Below the pieces are notes generated by a model, which was not told where the DNA came from, searched no databases, and worked only from the letters and a program-made list of their open reading frames with translations. The translations under genes and the position numbers were made by a program. DNA of 64,000 nt, from contig CAJXGN010000011.1 in NCBI GenBank assembly GCA_913053875.1, forward strand, positions 23,190-87,189. Direction: 5' to 3'. The stretch is from an uncultured Agromyces sp. (GTDB lineage: Bacteria > Actinomycetota > Actinomycetes > Actinomycetales > Microbacteriaceae). Positions 1 through 9,830 of this stretch are shown piece by piece. Position 1 is the first letter of the stretch, and each line of letters opens with the position of its first letter.

Positions 1-904
1 TGGCATCCCCGACTTCAAGATGGAGAAGCGCCACCTCGACCAGCGCATCGCCCAGATGACGGCCGAGGGCACCCGCTTCCGTGCGGGCGTCGACATCGGC
101 ACCGACATCTCCTGGGACGCGCTGCGCGAGCGCTACGACGCCGTGGTCATCGCGACCGGTGCGATGGTGCCCCGCGACCTGCCGATCCCGGGGCGCGACC
201 TGCCGGGCGTGCACTTCGCCATGGAGTACCTGGTGCAGTCGAACCACGCGGTCGCGGGCGACACGGTGCCCGAGCAGATCACCGCCGAGGGCAAGCACGT
301 CGTGGTCCTGGGCGGCGGCGACACCGGCGCCGACTGCATCGGCACCGCGCACCGTCAGGGCGCGCTGTCGGTGACCAACCTCGCGATCGGCAAGAAGCCG
401 GGCATCTCGCGACCCGACACCCAGCCGTGGCCGATGCACCCGAACCTGTTCGAGGTGCAGACCGCGCACGAGGAGGGCGGCACGCGCCAGTACCTCGCCT
501 CGACCGTCGAGTTCGTCTCGAACGACGTCGGCGAGGTGCGTGCGATCCGCGTCGCGGAGACCGAGTACCTCGACGGGCGTCGCGTCCCCAAGGCGGGCAC
601 CGAGCGCGAGATCCCGGCCGACCTGGTGCTGCTCGCGCTGGGCTTCACCGGCCCCGAGTCGCAGGACCTCTCCGGTCAGCTCGGCGCCGCGTTCACGCAG
701 CGCGGCAACGTCGAGCGCGACGACTCCTACGCGACGAGCGTCCCGGGCGTCTACGTCGCCGGCGACGCCGGTCGCGGGCAGTCGCTCATCGTGTGGGCCA
801 TCGCCGAGGGACGTGCTGCGGCCGCCTCCGTCGACCGGTACCTTGAGGGTGAGACGCACCTCCCGAGCCCGATCCCGGCGTCCGCGCAGGCGATCTCGAT
901 CTGA
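1..904 (+). CDS. gltD: Glutamate synthase small (beta) subunit, 5'-truncated by the window edge
   Basis: VVVLGGGDTGADC and GVYVAGDAGRGQSLIVWAIAEGR motifs; the frame is open from the window start. Confidence 0.95.
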   Translation, partial: GIPDFKMEKRHLDQRIAQMTAEGTRFRAGVDIGTDISWDALRERYDAVVIATGAMVPRDLPIPGRDLPGVHFAMEYLVQSNHAVAGDTVPEQITAEGKHVVVLGGGDTGADCIGTAHRQGALSVTNLAIGKKPGISRPDTQPWPMHPNLFEVQTAHEEGGTRQYLASTVEFVSNDVGEVRAIRVAETEYLDGRRVPKAGTEREIPADLVLLALGFTGPESQDLSGQLGAAFTQRGNVERDDSYATSVPGVYVAGDAGRGQSLIVWAIAEGRAAAASVDRYLEGETHLPSPIPASAQAISI

Positions 905-974
905 CCGACCGGCCCTTCATCCCCACCACCACGATCACCGCGCCCCGGCGCGAGGAACACGGAGCACAGAGAAC

Positions 975-2390
975 ATGAGACGCGCGAAGATCGTCGCCAC
1001 GCTCGGACCCGCGACCGCGAGCTACGAAGGGATCCGTGCTCTCATCGACGCCGGCCTCGACGTCGCCCGCATGAACCTGAGCCACGGCACGTACGACGTG
1101 CACGAGGGCGTCTACCAGAACATCCGCAAGGCGTCGAACGACTCCGGTCGCGCCGTCGCCGTGCTGGTCGACCTCCAGGGCCCGAAGATCCGCCTCGGGA
1201 AGTTCGCGGACGGCCCGCACGAGCTCGCCGAGGGCGACGTCTTCACGATCACGACCGAGGACATCCTCGGCGACAAGGACATCTGCTCCACGACGTTCAA
1301 GGGCCTCCCGCAGGACGTCTCCCCGGGCGACTTCCTGCTGATCGACGACGGCAAGGTCCGCGTCCGCGTGCTCGACACCGACGGCACCCGCGTGCGCACG
1401 GAGGTCGTCGTCGCCGGACCCGTCTCCGACAACAAGGGCATCAACCTGCCGGGCGTCGCGGTCAACGTGCCGGCGCTGTCGGAGAAGGACGAGGCCGACC
1501 TGCGCTGGGGCCTCGAGCTCGGCGCCGACCTGATCGCGCTGTCGTTCGTGCGCAACGCCGCCGACGTCTCGCGCGTGCGGGAGATCATGGACGAGGTCGG
1601 TCGCCGCGTGCCGGTGGTCGCCAAGATCGAGAAGCCGCAGGCCGTCGAGGCGCTCGACGAGATCATCGACGCGTTCGACGCGCTCATGGTCGCCCGCGGC
1701 GACCTCGGCGTCGAGCTGCCGCTCGAGGCCGTGCCCATCGTGCAGAAGCGCGCGATCGAGGCGGCGCGCCGCATGGCCAAGCCCGTCATCGTCGCGACCC
1801 AGATGCTCGAGTCGATGATCCACAGCCCGGTGCCTACGCGCGCCGAGACCTCCGACGTCGCGAACGCCGTGCTCGACGGCGCGGACGCGGTCATGCTCTC
1901 GGGCGAGACCAGCGTCGGCGAGTACCCGACGGTCACGCTGGAGACCATGGCGCGCATCGTCGCCTCGACGGAGCAGCACGGCCTCGACCGCGTGCCGCCG
2001 CTCGGCACCCGGCCGCGCACCCAGTCGGGTGCGATCACGCTCGCCGCGGTGGACGTCGCGAACTTCGTCGAGGCCAAGTTCCTCTGCGTGTTCTCGGAGT
2101 CGGGCGAGTCGGTGCGGCGCATGACGCGCATCCGCAGCGATATCCCGATCCTCGCCTTCACGCCCGACCCTGCGATCCGCCGACGCATGGCGCTGTATTG
2201 GGGCGTGCAGTCGTTCGTGGTCTCGCGCGTGACCCACACCGACCAGATGGTCGCCCAGGTCGACGAGGTGCTGAGCCGCGAGGGCCTCGCGGTCGAGGGG
2301 GAGAAGGTCGTCATCATCTCCGGGTCCCCTCCCGGCATCCCCGGCACCACCAACGACATCCGCGTGCACAACGTGGGCGAGGTCCTCTAG
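975..2390 (+). CDS. pyk: Pyruvate kinase
   Basis: MRRAKIVATLGPA start, ARMNLSHG, LMVARGDLGVE, DAVMLSGET; ATG at 975 after a GGAG-type RBS. Confidence 0.97.
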   Translation: MRRAKIVATLGPATASYEGIRALIDAGLDVARMNLSHGTYDVHEGVYQNIRKASNDSGRAVAVLVDLQGPKIRLGKFADGPHELAEGDVFTITTEDILGDKDICSTTFKGLPQDVSPGDFLLIDDGKVRVRVLDTDGTRVRTEVVVAGPVSDNKGINLPGVAVNVPALSEKDEADLRWGLELGADLIALSFVRNAADVSRVREIMDEVGRRVPVVAKIEKPQAVEALDEIIDAFDALMVARGDLGVELPLEAVPIVQKRAIEAARRMAKPVIVATQMLESMIHSPVPTRAETSDVANAVLDGADAVMLSGETSVGEYPTVTLETMARIVASTEQHGLDRVPPLGTRPRTQSGAITLAAVDVANFVEAKFLCVFSESGESVRRMTRIRSDIPILAFTPDPAIRRRMALYWGVQSFVVSRVTHTDQMVAQVDEVLSREGLAVEGEKVVIISGSPPGIPGTTNDIRVHNVGEVL

Positions 2391-2403
2391 GGGCTCCTCG
2401 ACG

Positions 2404-2431
2404 ACGGCCGGCCCCGCAAGGGGCCGGCCGT
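2404..2431. terminator. Hairpin between convergent pyk and tRNA-Leu
   Basis: ACGGCCGGCCCC-GCAA-GGGGCCGGCCGT, a perfect 12-bp stem. Confidence 0.75.
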
Positions 2432-2448
2432 TGGTCGTTCACGGGTCG

Positions 2449-2531
2449 TGCCGGTGGTGGGGGTCGAACCCACACGCCCTCTCGGGCAAAGCATTTTGAG
2501 TGCTCCGCGTCTGCCATTCCGCCACACCGGC
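2449..2531 (-). tRNA. tRNA-Leu (anticodon CAA), CCA end not encoded
   Basis: Reverse complement GCCGGTG...CACCGGCA acceptor stem, TGGCAGAC D loop, GAGCA-CTCAAAA-TGCTT anticodon arm, long variable arm, GGGTTCGACCCC T arm; 83 nt. Confidence 0.95.
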
Positions 2532-2569
2532 GCACGAGACCGCGATCAGAATACCGTAGGCTTTCAGGC

Positions 2570-3178
2570 GTGACAGACACCGAGAACACCCAGGCCGCGC
2601 CGCGTCGCGTCGTGGTCGCCGAGGACGAATCGCTCATCAGGCTCGACGTGGTGGAGACGCTCCGCGACAACGGGTTCGAGGTGGTCGGCGAGGCCGGCGA
2701 CGGCGAGACGGCCGTCGCGCTCGCGACCGAGCTGCGTCCCGACCTGGTCGTCATGGACGTGCGGATGCCGCAGCTCGACGGCATCGAGGCGGCCAAGCGC
2801 CTGAGCGAGGGCCACATCGCCCCGGTCGTGCTGCTCACCGCGTTCAGCCAGAAGGAACTGGTCGAGCGCGCCACCGAGGCCGGCGCCCTCGCCTACGTCG
2901 TGAAGCCCTTCACTCCGAACGACCTGCTGCCGGCGATCGAGATCGCGCTCGCCCGTCACGCCCAGATCCTCACCCTCGAGGCGGAGGTCGGCGACCTCGT
3001 CGAGCGCTTCGAGACGCGCAAGCTCGTCGACCGGGCCAAGGGCCTGCTGAACGAGAAGATGGGCCTGTCGGAGCCCGAGGCGTTCCGCTGGATCCAGAAG
3101 GCGTCGATGGACCGCCGCCTCACCATGAAGGACGTCGCGCAGGCGATCATCGAGCAGCTGGCGCCCAAGAAGGGCTGA
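2570..3178 (+). CDS. pdtaR: ANTAR-domain response regulator (PdtaR-like)
   Basis: Receiver domain (VVVAEDE, DLVVMDVRMP) plus ANTAR domain (VDRAKGLL...AFRWIQKASMDRR); GTG start 7 nt after a TAGGCT -10. Confidence 0.9.
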   Translation: MTDTENTQAAPRRVVVAEDESLIRLDVVETLRDNGFEVVGEAGDGETAVALATELRPDLVVMDVRMPQLDGIEAAKRLSEGHIAPVVLLTAFSQKELVERATEAGALAYVVKPFTPNDLLPAIEIALARHAQILTLEAEVGDLVERFETRKLVDRAKGLLNEKMGLSEPEAFRWIQKASMDRRLTMKDVAQAIIEQLAPKKG

Positions 3179-3200
3179 CGCCGCCCGGGCCGCGACGCCG

Positions 3201-3626
3201 TCAGGGCGTCGGCAGGCCCTTGATGAAGTTCGTGATCCGCACGGTCGAGCACCGGCGTCCCTGCTCGTCGGTCACGACGATCTCGTGCACGGTCATCGTG
3301 CGACCGAGGTGCAGCGGCGTGCAGGTGCCCGTGACGCTGCCGGAGGTCGCGGAGCGCGTGTGCGTCGCGTTGATGTCGACGCCGACCGCGAGCCGCCCGG
3401 GCCCGGCCCAGAGGTTCGCCGACATCGAGCCGAGCGACTCGCCGAGCACCACGTACGCGCCGCCGTGCAGGAGCATGGCGGGCTGGGTGTTGCCCGCGAC
3501 CGGCATGGTCGCGACCGCGCGCTCCACGGTGAACTCCGTGAACTCGATGCCCATGCGCTCGGCGAGCTCGCCGATGCCGCGGGTGCGGATGTAGTCGAGG
3601 GCGTCGGCGGTCTGCTCGTGGGTCAT
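3201..3626 (-). CDS. PaaI/MenI-family hotdog-fold thioesterase
   Basis: NTQPAMLLHGGAYVVLGESLGS and AVGVDINATH hotdog motifs. Confidence 0.88.
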   Translation of the reverse strand: MTHEQTADALDYIRTRGIGELAERMGIEFTEFTVERAVATMPVAGNTQPAMLLHGGAYVVLGESLGSMSANLWAGPGRLAVGVDINATHTRSATSGSVTGTCTPLHLGRTMTVHEIVVTDEQGRRCSTVRITNFIKGLPTP

Positions 3627-3655
3627 GCGTCGCATCCGATCGGGTCGTCAGGCGG

Positions 3656-3677
3656 CGTCGGCGGCCGCTTATAGGCT
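3656..3677 (+). promoter_or_regulatory. polA promoter, RecA-NDp/PafBC-like with one mismatch
   Basis: CGTCGG-N10-TAGGCT, 6 nt before the GTG start. Confidence 0.55.
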
Positions 3678-3683
3678 TGCGGG

Positions 3684-6362
3684 GTGACGGAACCAGTAAA
3701 GCCCACCCTCATGGTCATCGACGGCCATTCCCTCGCATTCCGGGCGTTCTTCGCGCTCCCGGTCGACAGCTTCCGCACCCGCGACGGGCAGCACACGAAC
3801 GCCATCCACGGCTTCCTGTCGATGCTGCTGCTCCTGCTGAAGAACGAGAAGCCGACGCACCTCGCGGTCGCCTTCGACATCTCGCGGCACTCGTTCCGCA
3901 CCCGCGACTACGAGGAGTACAAGGGCAACCGGGCGGAGACGCCGCCGGAGTTCAAGGGACAGGTCCCGCTGCTGCAGGAGGCCCTCGCGGCCATGGGCGT
4001 GCGCACCCTCGAGAAGGAGGACTACGAGGCCGACGACATCCTCGCCACGCTCGCCGCGGAGGGCAGGCGCGACGGCTACGAGGTGCTGCTCGTCTCGGGC
4101 GACCGCGACACGATCCAGCTGGTCAACGACGAGGTGACGCTGCTCTACCCGTCGAGCCAGGGCGTGTCGCAGCTCAAGCGCTACGACCCGGCGACGGTCG
4201 AGGAGCGCTACGGCCTGCCGCCGGCGCAGTACCCCGAGATCGCGGCGCTCGTCGGCGAGACGAGCGACAACCTCCCCGGCATCACGAAGGTCGGCGAGAA
4301 GACCGCCGTGAAGTGGCTGAAGCAGTTCGGCGACCTCGACGGCGTGCTCGCGCACGCAGACGAGATCAAGGGCGTCGCCGGCAACAACCTGCGCGCCGAG
4401 ATGGACAACGCCGTGCGCAACCGGCGCCTCAACCGGCTGGTCGACGACCTCGAGCTCGACGTGGCGCTCGACGACCTGGCCACTCGCCCGATCGACACCG
4501 ACGCCGTCACCGCGGTCTTCTCGCGCTTGGAGTTCCGCACGCTGCTCGAGCGCGTGATGAAGCTGGCGGGCGAGGAGCAGGGGGCGGATGCCGCTGCCGG
4601 CACGCCCGCGCCCGCGACATCCGCCACCCCGACGGCGCCCGCGCCGCGCACGCTGCTCGACGAGGAGCTCGACGCGTGGCTCGACCGGCAGGTCTCCGCG
4701 CACCCCGACGGGCTGGGCCTCACGATCGAGATGCTCGACGGCAAGGTGATCGGCGCGGGGGTGTCGGGGGCCGACGAGTCGGTCTTCCTGCCGTGGCAGC
4801 CCGGCCGACGCGACTACGCGCCGTTCGAGGAGTGGCTCGCGAGCGATGCGCCGAAGCTCATGACCGACGCGAAGCCGCAGGTCAAGGCGATGCGCCGCTC
4901 CGGGCTCGCGTTCGGCGGGCTGGCGCTCGACACGCTCGTGGCGACGTGGCTGGTGAACCCCCTCGCGCAGGAGAAGGGGCTCGCCGACGTCGTCTTCCGG
5001 TACCTGGGCGAGACGCTGCCGACCGCCGACCCGGCCCAGCTCGTGCCCGACGAGACCCGAGCAGCGGGCCCGGCCGAGCTGGCCTGGTACACGTTCCGCG
5101 CGGCGCCGGTGGTGCTCGCGGAGCTGCCCGCGTCGACGCTCCCGGTGTGCACCGACATCGAGATGCCCATCCTCGGCGTGCTCGCCGACATGGAGCTGCG
5201 CGGCGTGACGGTCGACCACGACGAGCTGTCGGCGCTCTCCGGCCAACTCGGTGATCGCGCCGCCGACATCGCCTCCCGCGCGTTCGCCGAGATCGGCCGC
5301 GAGGTCAACCTCGGCTCGCCCAAGCAGCTGCAGGAGGTGCTCTTCGACCAGCTCGGCATGCCGAAGACGCGCGCCACGAAGACGGGCTATTCGACGGATG
5401 CCGGTGCGCTGGCCGATCTCCAGGAGAAGAGCCCGCACCCGTTCCTGGGCCTCCTGCTCGAGCACCGCGACGCGACGAAGCTGCGGCAGATCGTCGAGTC
5501 GCTCGACAAGTCGATCGGCGGCGACGGTCGCATCCACACGACCTACGTGCAGATCGGCACGAGCACGGGGCGCATCGCGTCGACCGACCCGAACCTGCAG
5601 AACATCCCGGTGCGCACGGGGGAGGGGCGCCGCATCCGCGAGGCCTTCCGGCACGGCGCCGAGTTCGAGACGCTGCTGACCGCCGATTACTCGCAGATCG
5701 AGATGCGCATCATGGCGCACCTGTCGGGCGACCCCGGCCTGATCGAGGCGTTCCACGCGGGGGAGGACCTGCACCGTTTCGTCGGCGCCCGCATCTTCGG
5801 CGTCGAGCCGGCCGACGTGACCCCGCTCATGCGCACCAAGGTGAAGGCCATGTCGTACGGGCTCGCCTACGGGCTCAGCGCCTTCGGCCTGTCGAAGCAG
5901 CTGCGCATCGAGCAGTCCGAGGCGAAGCAGCTCATGGTCGACTACTTCGCGCGGTTCGGCGCGGTGCGCGACTACCTGCGCGACGTCGTGGCACAGGCGA
6001 AGGTCGACGGCTACACCGAGACGATCTTCGGGCGGCGCCGCCCGTTCCCCGACCTGTCGAGCCCGAACCGGGTGCTGCGCGAGAACGCGGAGCGCGCGGC
6101 GCTGAACGCGCCGATCCAGGGCTCCGCGGCCGACATCATGAAGATCGCCATGCTCGGGATCGAGCGCGACGTCGCCGACGCCGGGCTCGCGTCGCGCATG
6201 CTCATGCAGGTGCACGACGAGCTCATCTTCGAGGTGGCTGCGGGCGAGGGCGAGCAGCTCGAGGAGATCGTGCAGCGGCGCATGGCGACCGCGGCCGACC
6301 TGCAGGTGCCGCTCGACGTGCAGCTCGGGCACGGCCCGAACTGGGACGCGGCGGCGCACTGA
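3684..6362 (+). CDS. polA: DNA polymerase I
   Basis: 5'-3' exonuclease N-terminus (VIDGHSLAFRAF, EADDILATL) and polymerase motifs (DPNLQNIP, ADYSQIEMR, QVHDEL). Confidence 0.98.
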   Translation: MTEPVKPTLMVIDGHSLAFRAFFALPVDSFRTRDGQHTNAIHGFLSMLLLLLKNEKPTHLAVAFDISRHSFRTRDYEEYKGNRAETPPEFKGQVPLLQEALAAMGVRTLEKEDYEADDILATLAAEGRRDGYEVLLVSGDRDTIQLVNDEVTLLYPSSQGVSQLKRYDPATVEERYGLPPAQYPEIAALVGETSDNLPGITKVGEKTAVKWLKQFGDLDGVLAHADEIKGVAGNNLRAEMDNAVRNRRLNRLVDDLELDVALDDLATRPIDTDAVTAVFSRLEFRTLLERVMKLAGEEQGADAAAGTPAPATSATPTAPAPRTLLDEELDAWLDRQVSAHPDGLGLTIEMLDGKVIGAGVSGADESVFLPWQPGRRDYAPFEEWLASDAPKLMTDAKPQVKAMRRSGLAFGGLALDTLVATWLVNPLAQEKGLADVVFRYLGETLPTADPAQLVPDETRAAGPAELAWYTFRAAPVVLAELPASTLPVCTDIEMPILGVLADMELRGVTVDHDELSALSGQLGDRAADIASRAFAEIGREVNLGSPKQLQEVLFDQLGMPKTRATKTGYSTDAGALADLQEKSPHPFLGLLLEHRDATKLRQIVESLDKSIGGDGRIHTTYVQIGTSTGRIASTDPNLQNIPVRTGEGRRIREAFRHGAEFETLLTADYSQIEMRIMAHLSGDPGLIEAFHAGEDLHRFVGARIFGVEPADVTPLMRTKVKAMSYGLAYGLSAFGLSKQLRIEQSEAKQLMVDYFARFGAVRDYLRDVVAQAKVDGYTETIFGRRRPFPDLSSPNRVLRENAERAALNAPIQGSAADIMKIAMLGIERDVADAGLASRMLMQVHDELIFEVAAGEGEQLEEIVQRRMATAADLQVPLDVQLGHGPNWDAAAH

Positions 6363-6452
6363 TCGCGAGCATCGCTCGTCTCCGACGCGCTGTGCACAGA
6401 CCGCCTCGCCGCGTGCACGGGGCGGTCGCCCGCAGCGGATAGGCTCGCTCCC

Positions 6453-8132
6453 ATGACTTCGGAGCCCACCCGCACCCCCACCGAGATCGACCGCGTCGCG
6501 GAGGGGTGGGTCGACACCCTGGTGGAGCTGCGCCCGACGATGGGCACCTACATCGGCCGCGAGACCGCGGACGGCGGATACGGCGACCTCTCGCCCGAGG
6601 GCGAGGCGCAGCTGGTCGAGGCGGCGCGCTCGACGCTCGCGAGCCTGGAGGCGGCCGACGAGGTCGATGACGTCGATCGCATCACGCGCACCGACCTGCG
6701 CAGCCAGCTGGAGCTCGCGATCGAGAGCCACGACGCAGGTCTCTACCTGCGTGACCTGAACGTGATCGCGAGCCCGTCGCAGGAGCTGCGTGACGTCTTC
6801 GACCTCATGTCGACCGACTCGGTCGAGGGCTGGGAGGCCGTGTCGCGTCGACTCGCCGCACTGCCCGCGGCGATGGACGGCTACGTCGCGACGCTGCGCG
6901 AGGGCATCGCGCGCGGCATCACGCCCGCACGGCGCCAGGTGCGCGAGGTGGCGGCGCAGGCACGCAAGAACGCGCGTCCCGAGGGATTCTTCGGCGAGTT
7001 CGTGGCATCCGCGGGCGTGGCAGGCGACGAGCTGCCCGAGGCGCTCCGGGGCGAGCTCGAGCAGGGCGCCGTGGCATCCGCCGTCGCCTACCAGGAGTTC
7101 GCGGACTTCCTCGAGTCGGAGCTCGCCGAGGTGGCCGCAGAGAAGGACGCCGTCGGTCGCGAGATCTACGAGCTGCAGTCGCGGTCGTTCCTGGGGGCGA
7201 AGATCGACCTCGACGAGACCTACGAGTGGGGCCTCGACGAGCTCGCCCGCATGGTGTCCGAGCAGCAGTCGATCGCGAACGAGATCAAGCGCGGGGCATC
7301 CGTGCTCGAGGCCATCTCGTTCCTCGACAACGACCCGAGCCGCAAGCTGCACGGCACCGACGCGCTCAAGGCGTGGATGCAGGAGACGAGCGACCGGGCC
7401 GTCGAGGAGCTCGGCGCGACGCACTTCGACATCCCGGAGGAGATCCGCACGCTCGAGTGCATGATCGCCCCCACGCAGGAGGGCGGCATCTACTACACCG
7501 GCCCGACCGAGGACTTCTCGCGTCCCGGACGCATGTGGTGGTCGGTGCCCGAGGGCGTGACCGAGTTCGACACCTGGCGCGAGCTCACGACCGTGTACCA
7601 CGAGGGCGTGCCCGGCCATCACCTGCAGATCGGCCAGGCCGTCGTGCAGTCCGACACCCTCAACTCGTGGCGACGGCTGCTCGCCGGCACCTCGGGACAC
7701 GCGGAGGGCTGGGCGTTGTACGCCGAGCGGCTGATGGAGGAGCTGGGGTACCTGGACGACCCGGCCGACCGCCTCGGCATGCTCGACGGGCAGCGGATGC
7801 GGGCCGCCCGCGTCGTGCTCGACATCGGCGTGCACCTCGAGAAGACGCTGCCCGACGGCTCGGGCCCGTGGACGGCCGACTACGCGTTCGAGTTCCTGTC
7901 GCGGAACGTGAACATGAACGAGGGCTTCGTGCGGTTCGAGGTCAACCGCTACCTCGGCTGGCCGGGACAGGCGCCGTCGTACAAGGTCGGCCAGCGCATC
8001 TGGGAGCAGCTGCGCGACGAGGTGCGGCAGCGCGAGGGCGACGACTTCAAGATCAAGGACTTCCACGGGAAGGCGCTCGCGATGGGCGGGGTGGGGCTCG
8101 ACACGCTCCGGTCGGCGATCCTGGGCGCCTGA
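6453..8132 (+). CDS. DUF885 family protein (putative metallopeptidase-like)
   Basis: HEGVPGHHLQ, EGWALYAE and WPGQAPSYKVG motifs. Confidence 0.88.
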   Translation: MTSEPTRTPTEIDRVAEGWVDTLVELRPTMGTYIGRETADGGYGDLSPEGEAQLVEAARSTLASLEAADEVDDVDRITRTDLRSQLELAIESHDAGLYLRDLNVIASPSQELRDVFDLMSTDSVEGWEAVSRRLAALPAAMDGYVATLREGIARGITPARRQVREVAAQARKNARPEGFFGEFVASAGVAGDELPEALRGELEQGAVASAVAYQEFADFLESELAEVAAEKDAVGREIYELQSRSFLGAKIDLDETYEWGLDELARMVSEQQSIANEIKRGASVLEAISFLDNDPSRKLHGTDALKAWMQETSDRAVEELGATHFDIPEEIRTLECMIAPTQEGGIYYTGPTEDFSRPGRMWWSVPEGVTEFDTWRELTTVYHEGVPGHHLQIGQAVVQSDTLNSWRRLLAGTSGHAEGWALYAERLMEELGYLDDPADRLGMLDGQRMRAARVVLDIGVHLEKTLPDGSGPWTADYAFEFLSRNVNMNEGFVRFEVNRYLGWPGQAPSYKVGQRIWEQLRDEVRQREGDDFKIKDFHGKALAMGGVGLDTLRSAILGA

Positions 8133-8151
8133 CCGCGGTGCGTCGGGCCGT

Positions 8152-8181
8152 TTGACCGACGGGCGACCGCGCGGCTAGGAT
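8152..8181 (+). promoter_or_regulatory. SigA-type promoter of rpsA
   Basis: TTGACC-N18-TAGGAT, followed by an approximately 100-nt leader. Confidence 0.65.
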
Positions 8182-8287
8182 GGAATGTCACGTTTGTGAC
8201 GTCCTATCCGCACGCCCTTCGCGGAAACACCAATACGAAAGCATTGCGCGTCGGGCCCGACCCTGTCCATTACGGAGCACCTACTAC

Positions 8288-9733
8288 ATGACAACCGCAA
8301 CGACCAAGGCAACCAAGCAGGTCGCAATCAACGACATCGGTTCTGCTGAAGACTTCCTTGCCGCGGTCGAGAAGACGCTCAAGTTCTTCAACGACGGCGA
8401 CCTCATCGAGGGCCAGGTCGTGAAGATCGACCGCGACGAGGTCCTCCTCGACGTCGGCTACAAGACCGAGGGTGTCATCCCCTCCCGCGAACTCTCCATC
8501 AAGCACGACGTCGACCCCAGCGAGGTCGTCGGCGTCGGCGACACCGTCGAGGCCCTGGTTCTCCAGAAGGAGGACAAGGAAGGCCGCCTCATCCTGTCGA
8601 AGAAGCGCGCCCAGTACGAGCGCGCATGGGGCGACGTCGAGAAGATCAAGGAGACCGACGGTGTCGTCACCGGTACGGTCATCGAGGTCGTCAAGGGCGG
8701 CCTGATCGTCGACATCGGCCTCCGCGGCTTCCTCCCCGCCTCGCTCATCGAGCTGCGCCGCGTGCGCGACCTGACGCCGTACCTCGGCCAGGAGCTCGAG
8801 GCGAAGATCCTGGAGCTCGACAAGAACCGCAACAACGTGGTGCTCTCGCGCCGCGCGCTGCTCGAGCAGACCCAGTCGGAGACCCGTTCGACCTTCCTCG
8901 CGAACCTCCACCCGGGACAGGTCCGCAAGGGCGTCATCTCGTCGATCGTCAACTTCGGCGCGTTCGTCGACCTCGGCGGCGTGGACGGCCTCGTGCACGT
9001 CTCCGAGCTGTCGTGGAAGCACATCGAGCACGCCAGCGAGGTCGTCGAGGTGGGCCAGGAGGTCACCGTCGAGGTGCTCTCCGTCGAGCTCGACCGCGAG
9101 CGCGTCTCGCTGTCGCTCAAGGCGACGCAGGAGGACCCGTGGCAGGTCTTCGCCCGCACCCACGCCATCGGCCAGGTCGCACCGGGCAAGGTCACCAAGC
9201 TCGTCCCGTTCGGCGCGTTCGTGCGCGTCGCAGACGGCATCGAGGGCCTCGTGCACATCTCGGAGCTGTCGAGCAAGCACGTCGAGCTGGCCGAGCAGGT
9301 CGTCTCGGTGGGCGAGGAGGTGTTCGTCAAGGTCATCGACATCGACCTCGAGCGTCGCCGCATCTCGCTGTCGCTGAAGCAGGCCAACGAGGGCGTCGAC
9401 CCCGAGGGCACCGAGTTCGACCCGGCGCTGTACGGCATGCTCACCGAGTACGACGAGCAGGGCAACTACAAGTACCCCGAGGGCTTCGACCCGGAGACCA
9501 ACGAGTGGCGCGAGGGCTTCGACGCCCAGCGCGAGAAGTGGGAGCAGGACTACGCTGCCGCCCAGGCTCGCTGGGAGGCGCACAAGAAGCAGGTCGCGGC
9601 TGCCAACGCGAAGGACGCCGCAGAGGCCGACTTCGGCGGCAGCACGTTCACGAGCGAGGCGGCCGGCGCCGGCACGCTCGCCGACGACGCGTCGCTCGCG
9701 GCGCTCCGCGAGAAGCTCTCGAGCAACTCCTAG
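8288..9733 (+). CDS. rpsA: 30S ribosomal protein S1
   Basis: QVAINDIGSAEDFLAAVEKT start, four S1 repeats, highly biased codon use. Confidence 0.98.
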   Translation: MTTATTKATKQVAINDIGSAEDFLAAVEKTLKFFNDGDLIEGQVVKIDRDEVLLDVGYKTEGVIPSRELSIKHDVDPSEVVGVGDTVEALVLQKEDKEGRLILSKKRAQYERAWGDVEKIKETDGVVTGTVIEVVKGGLIVDIGLRGFLPASLIELRRVRDLTPYLGQELEAKILELDKNRNNVVLSRRALLEQTQSETRSTFLANLHPGQVRKGVISSIVNFGAFVDLGGVDGLVHVSELSWKHIEHASEVVEVGQEVTVEVLSVELDRERVSLSLKATQEDPWQVFARTHAIGQVAPGKVTKLVPFGAFVRVADGIEGLVHISELSSKHVELAEQVVSVGEEVFVKVIDIDLERRRISLSLKQANEGVDPEGTEFDPALYGMLTEYDEQGNYKYPEGFDPETNEWREGFDAQREKWEQDYAAAQARWEAHKKQVAAANAKDAAEADFGGSTFTSEAAGAGTLADDASLAALREKLSSNS

Positions 9734-9751
9734 TCCGCATCGGACCGCACG

Positions 9752-9783
9752 ACGGCCGGGCACCCCGCGGGGTGCCCGGCCGT
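9752..9783 (+). terminator. rpsA terminator hairpin
   Basis: Perfect palindrome ACGGCCGGGCACCCCG/CGGGGTGCCCGGCCGT. Confidence 0.75.
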
Positions 9784-9830
9784 CGCCGTTTCCGGGCCGC
9801 GCTGCGCCGCCGTGTCGGTAGGCTGGAGCC

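Noticed and set aside
2449-2531. tRNA-Leu as an integration site for an island
   Set aside because: No integrase, no duplicated tRNA 3' end, and core genes on both sides.
6424-6445. GGTCGC-N10-TAGGCT before DUF885 as a PafBC site
   Set aside because: Only 4 of 6 positions match in a GC-rich background.
6422-8170. 10-bp inverted repeats GCGGTCGCCC/GGGCGACCGC flanking DUF885 as mobile-element ends
   Set aside because: Short and GC-rich, with no transposase or target duplication. Likely chance.
8186-8201. TGTCAC-N4-GTGACG as a CRP/GlxR site
   Set aside because: Half-sites are in the wrong order and spacing compared with TGTGA-N6-TCACA. A leader hairpin explains it better.
9813-9824. TGTCGG next to TAGGCT before coaE
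   Set aside because: Zero spacing does not fit the RecA-NDp geometry.
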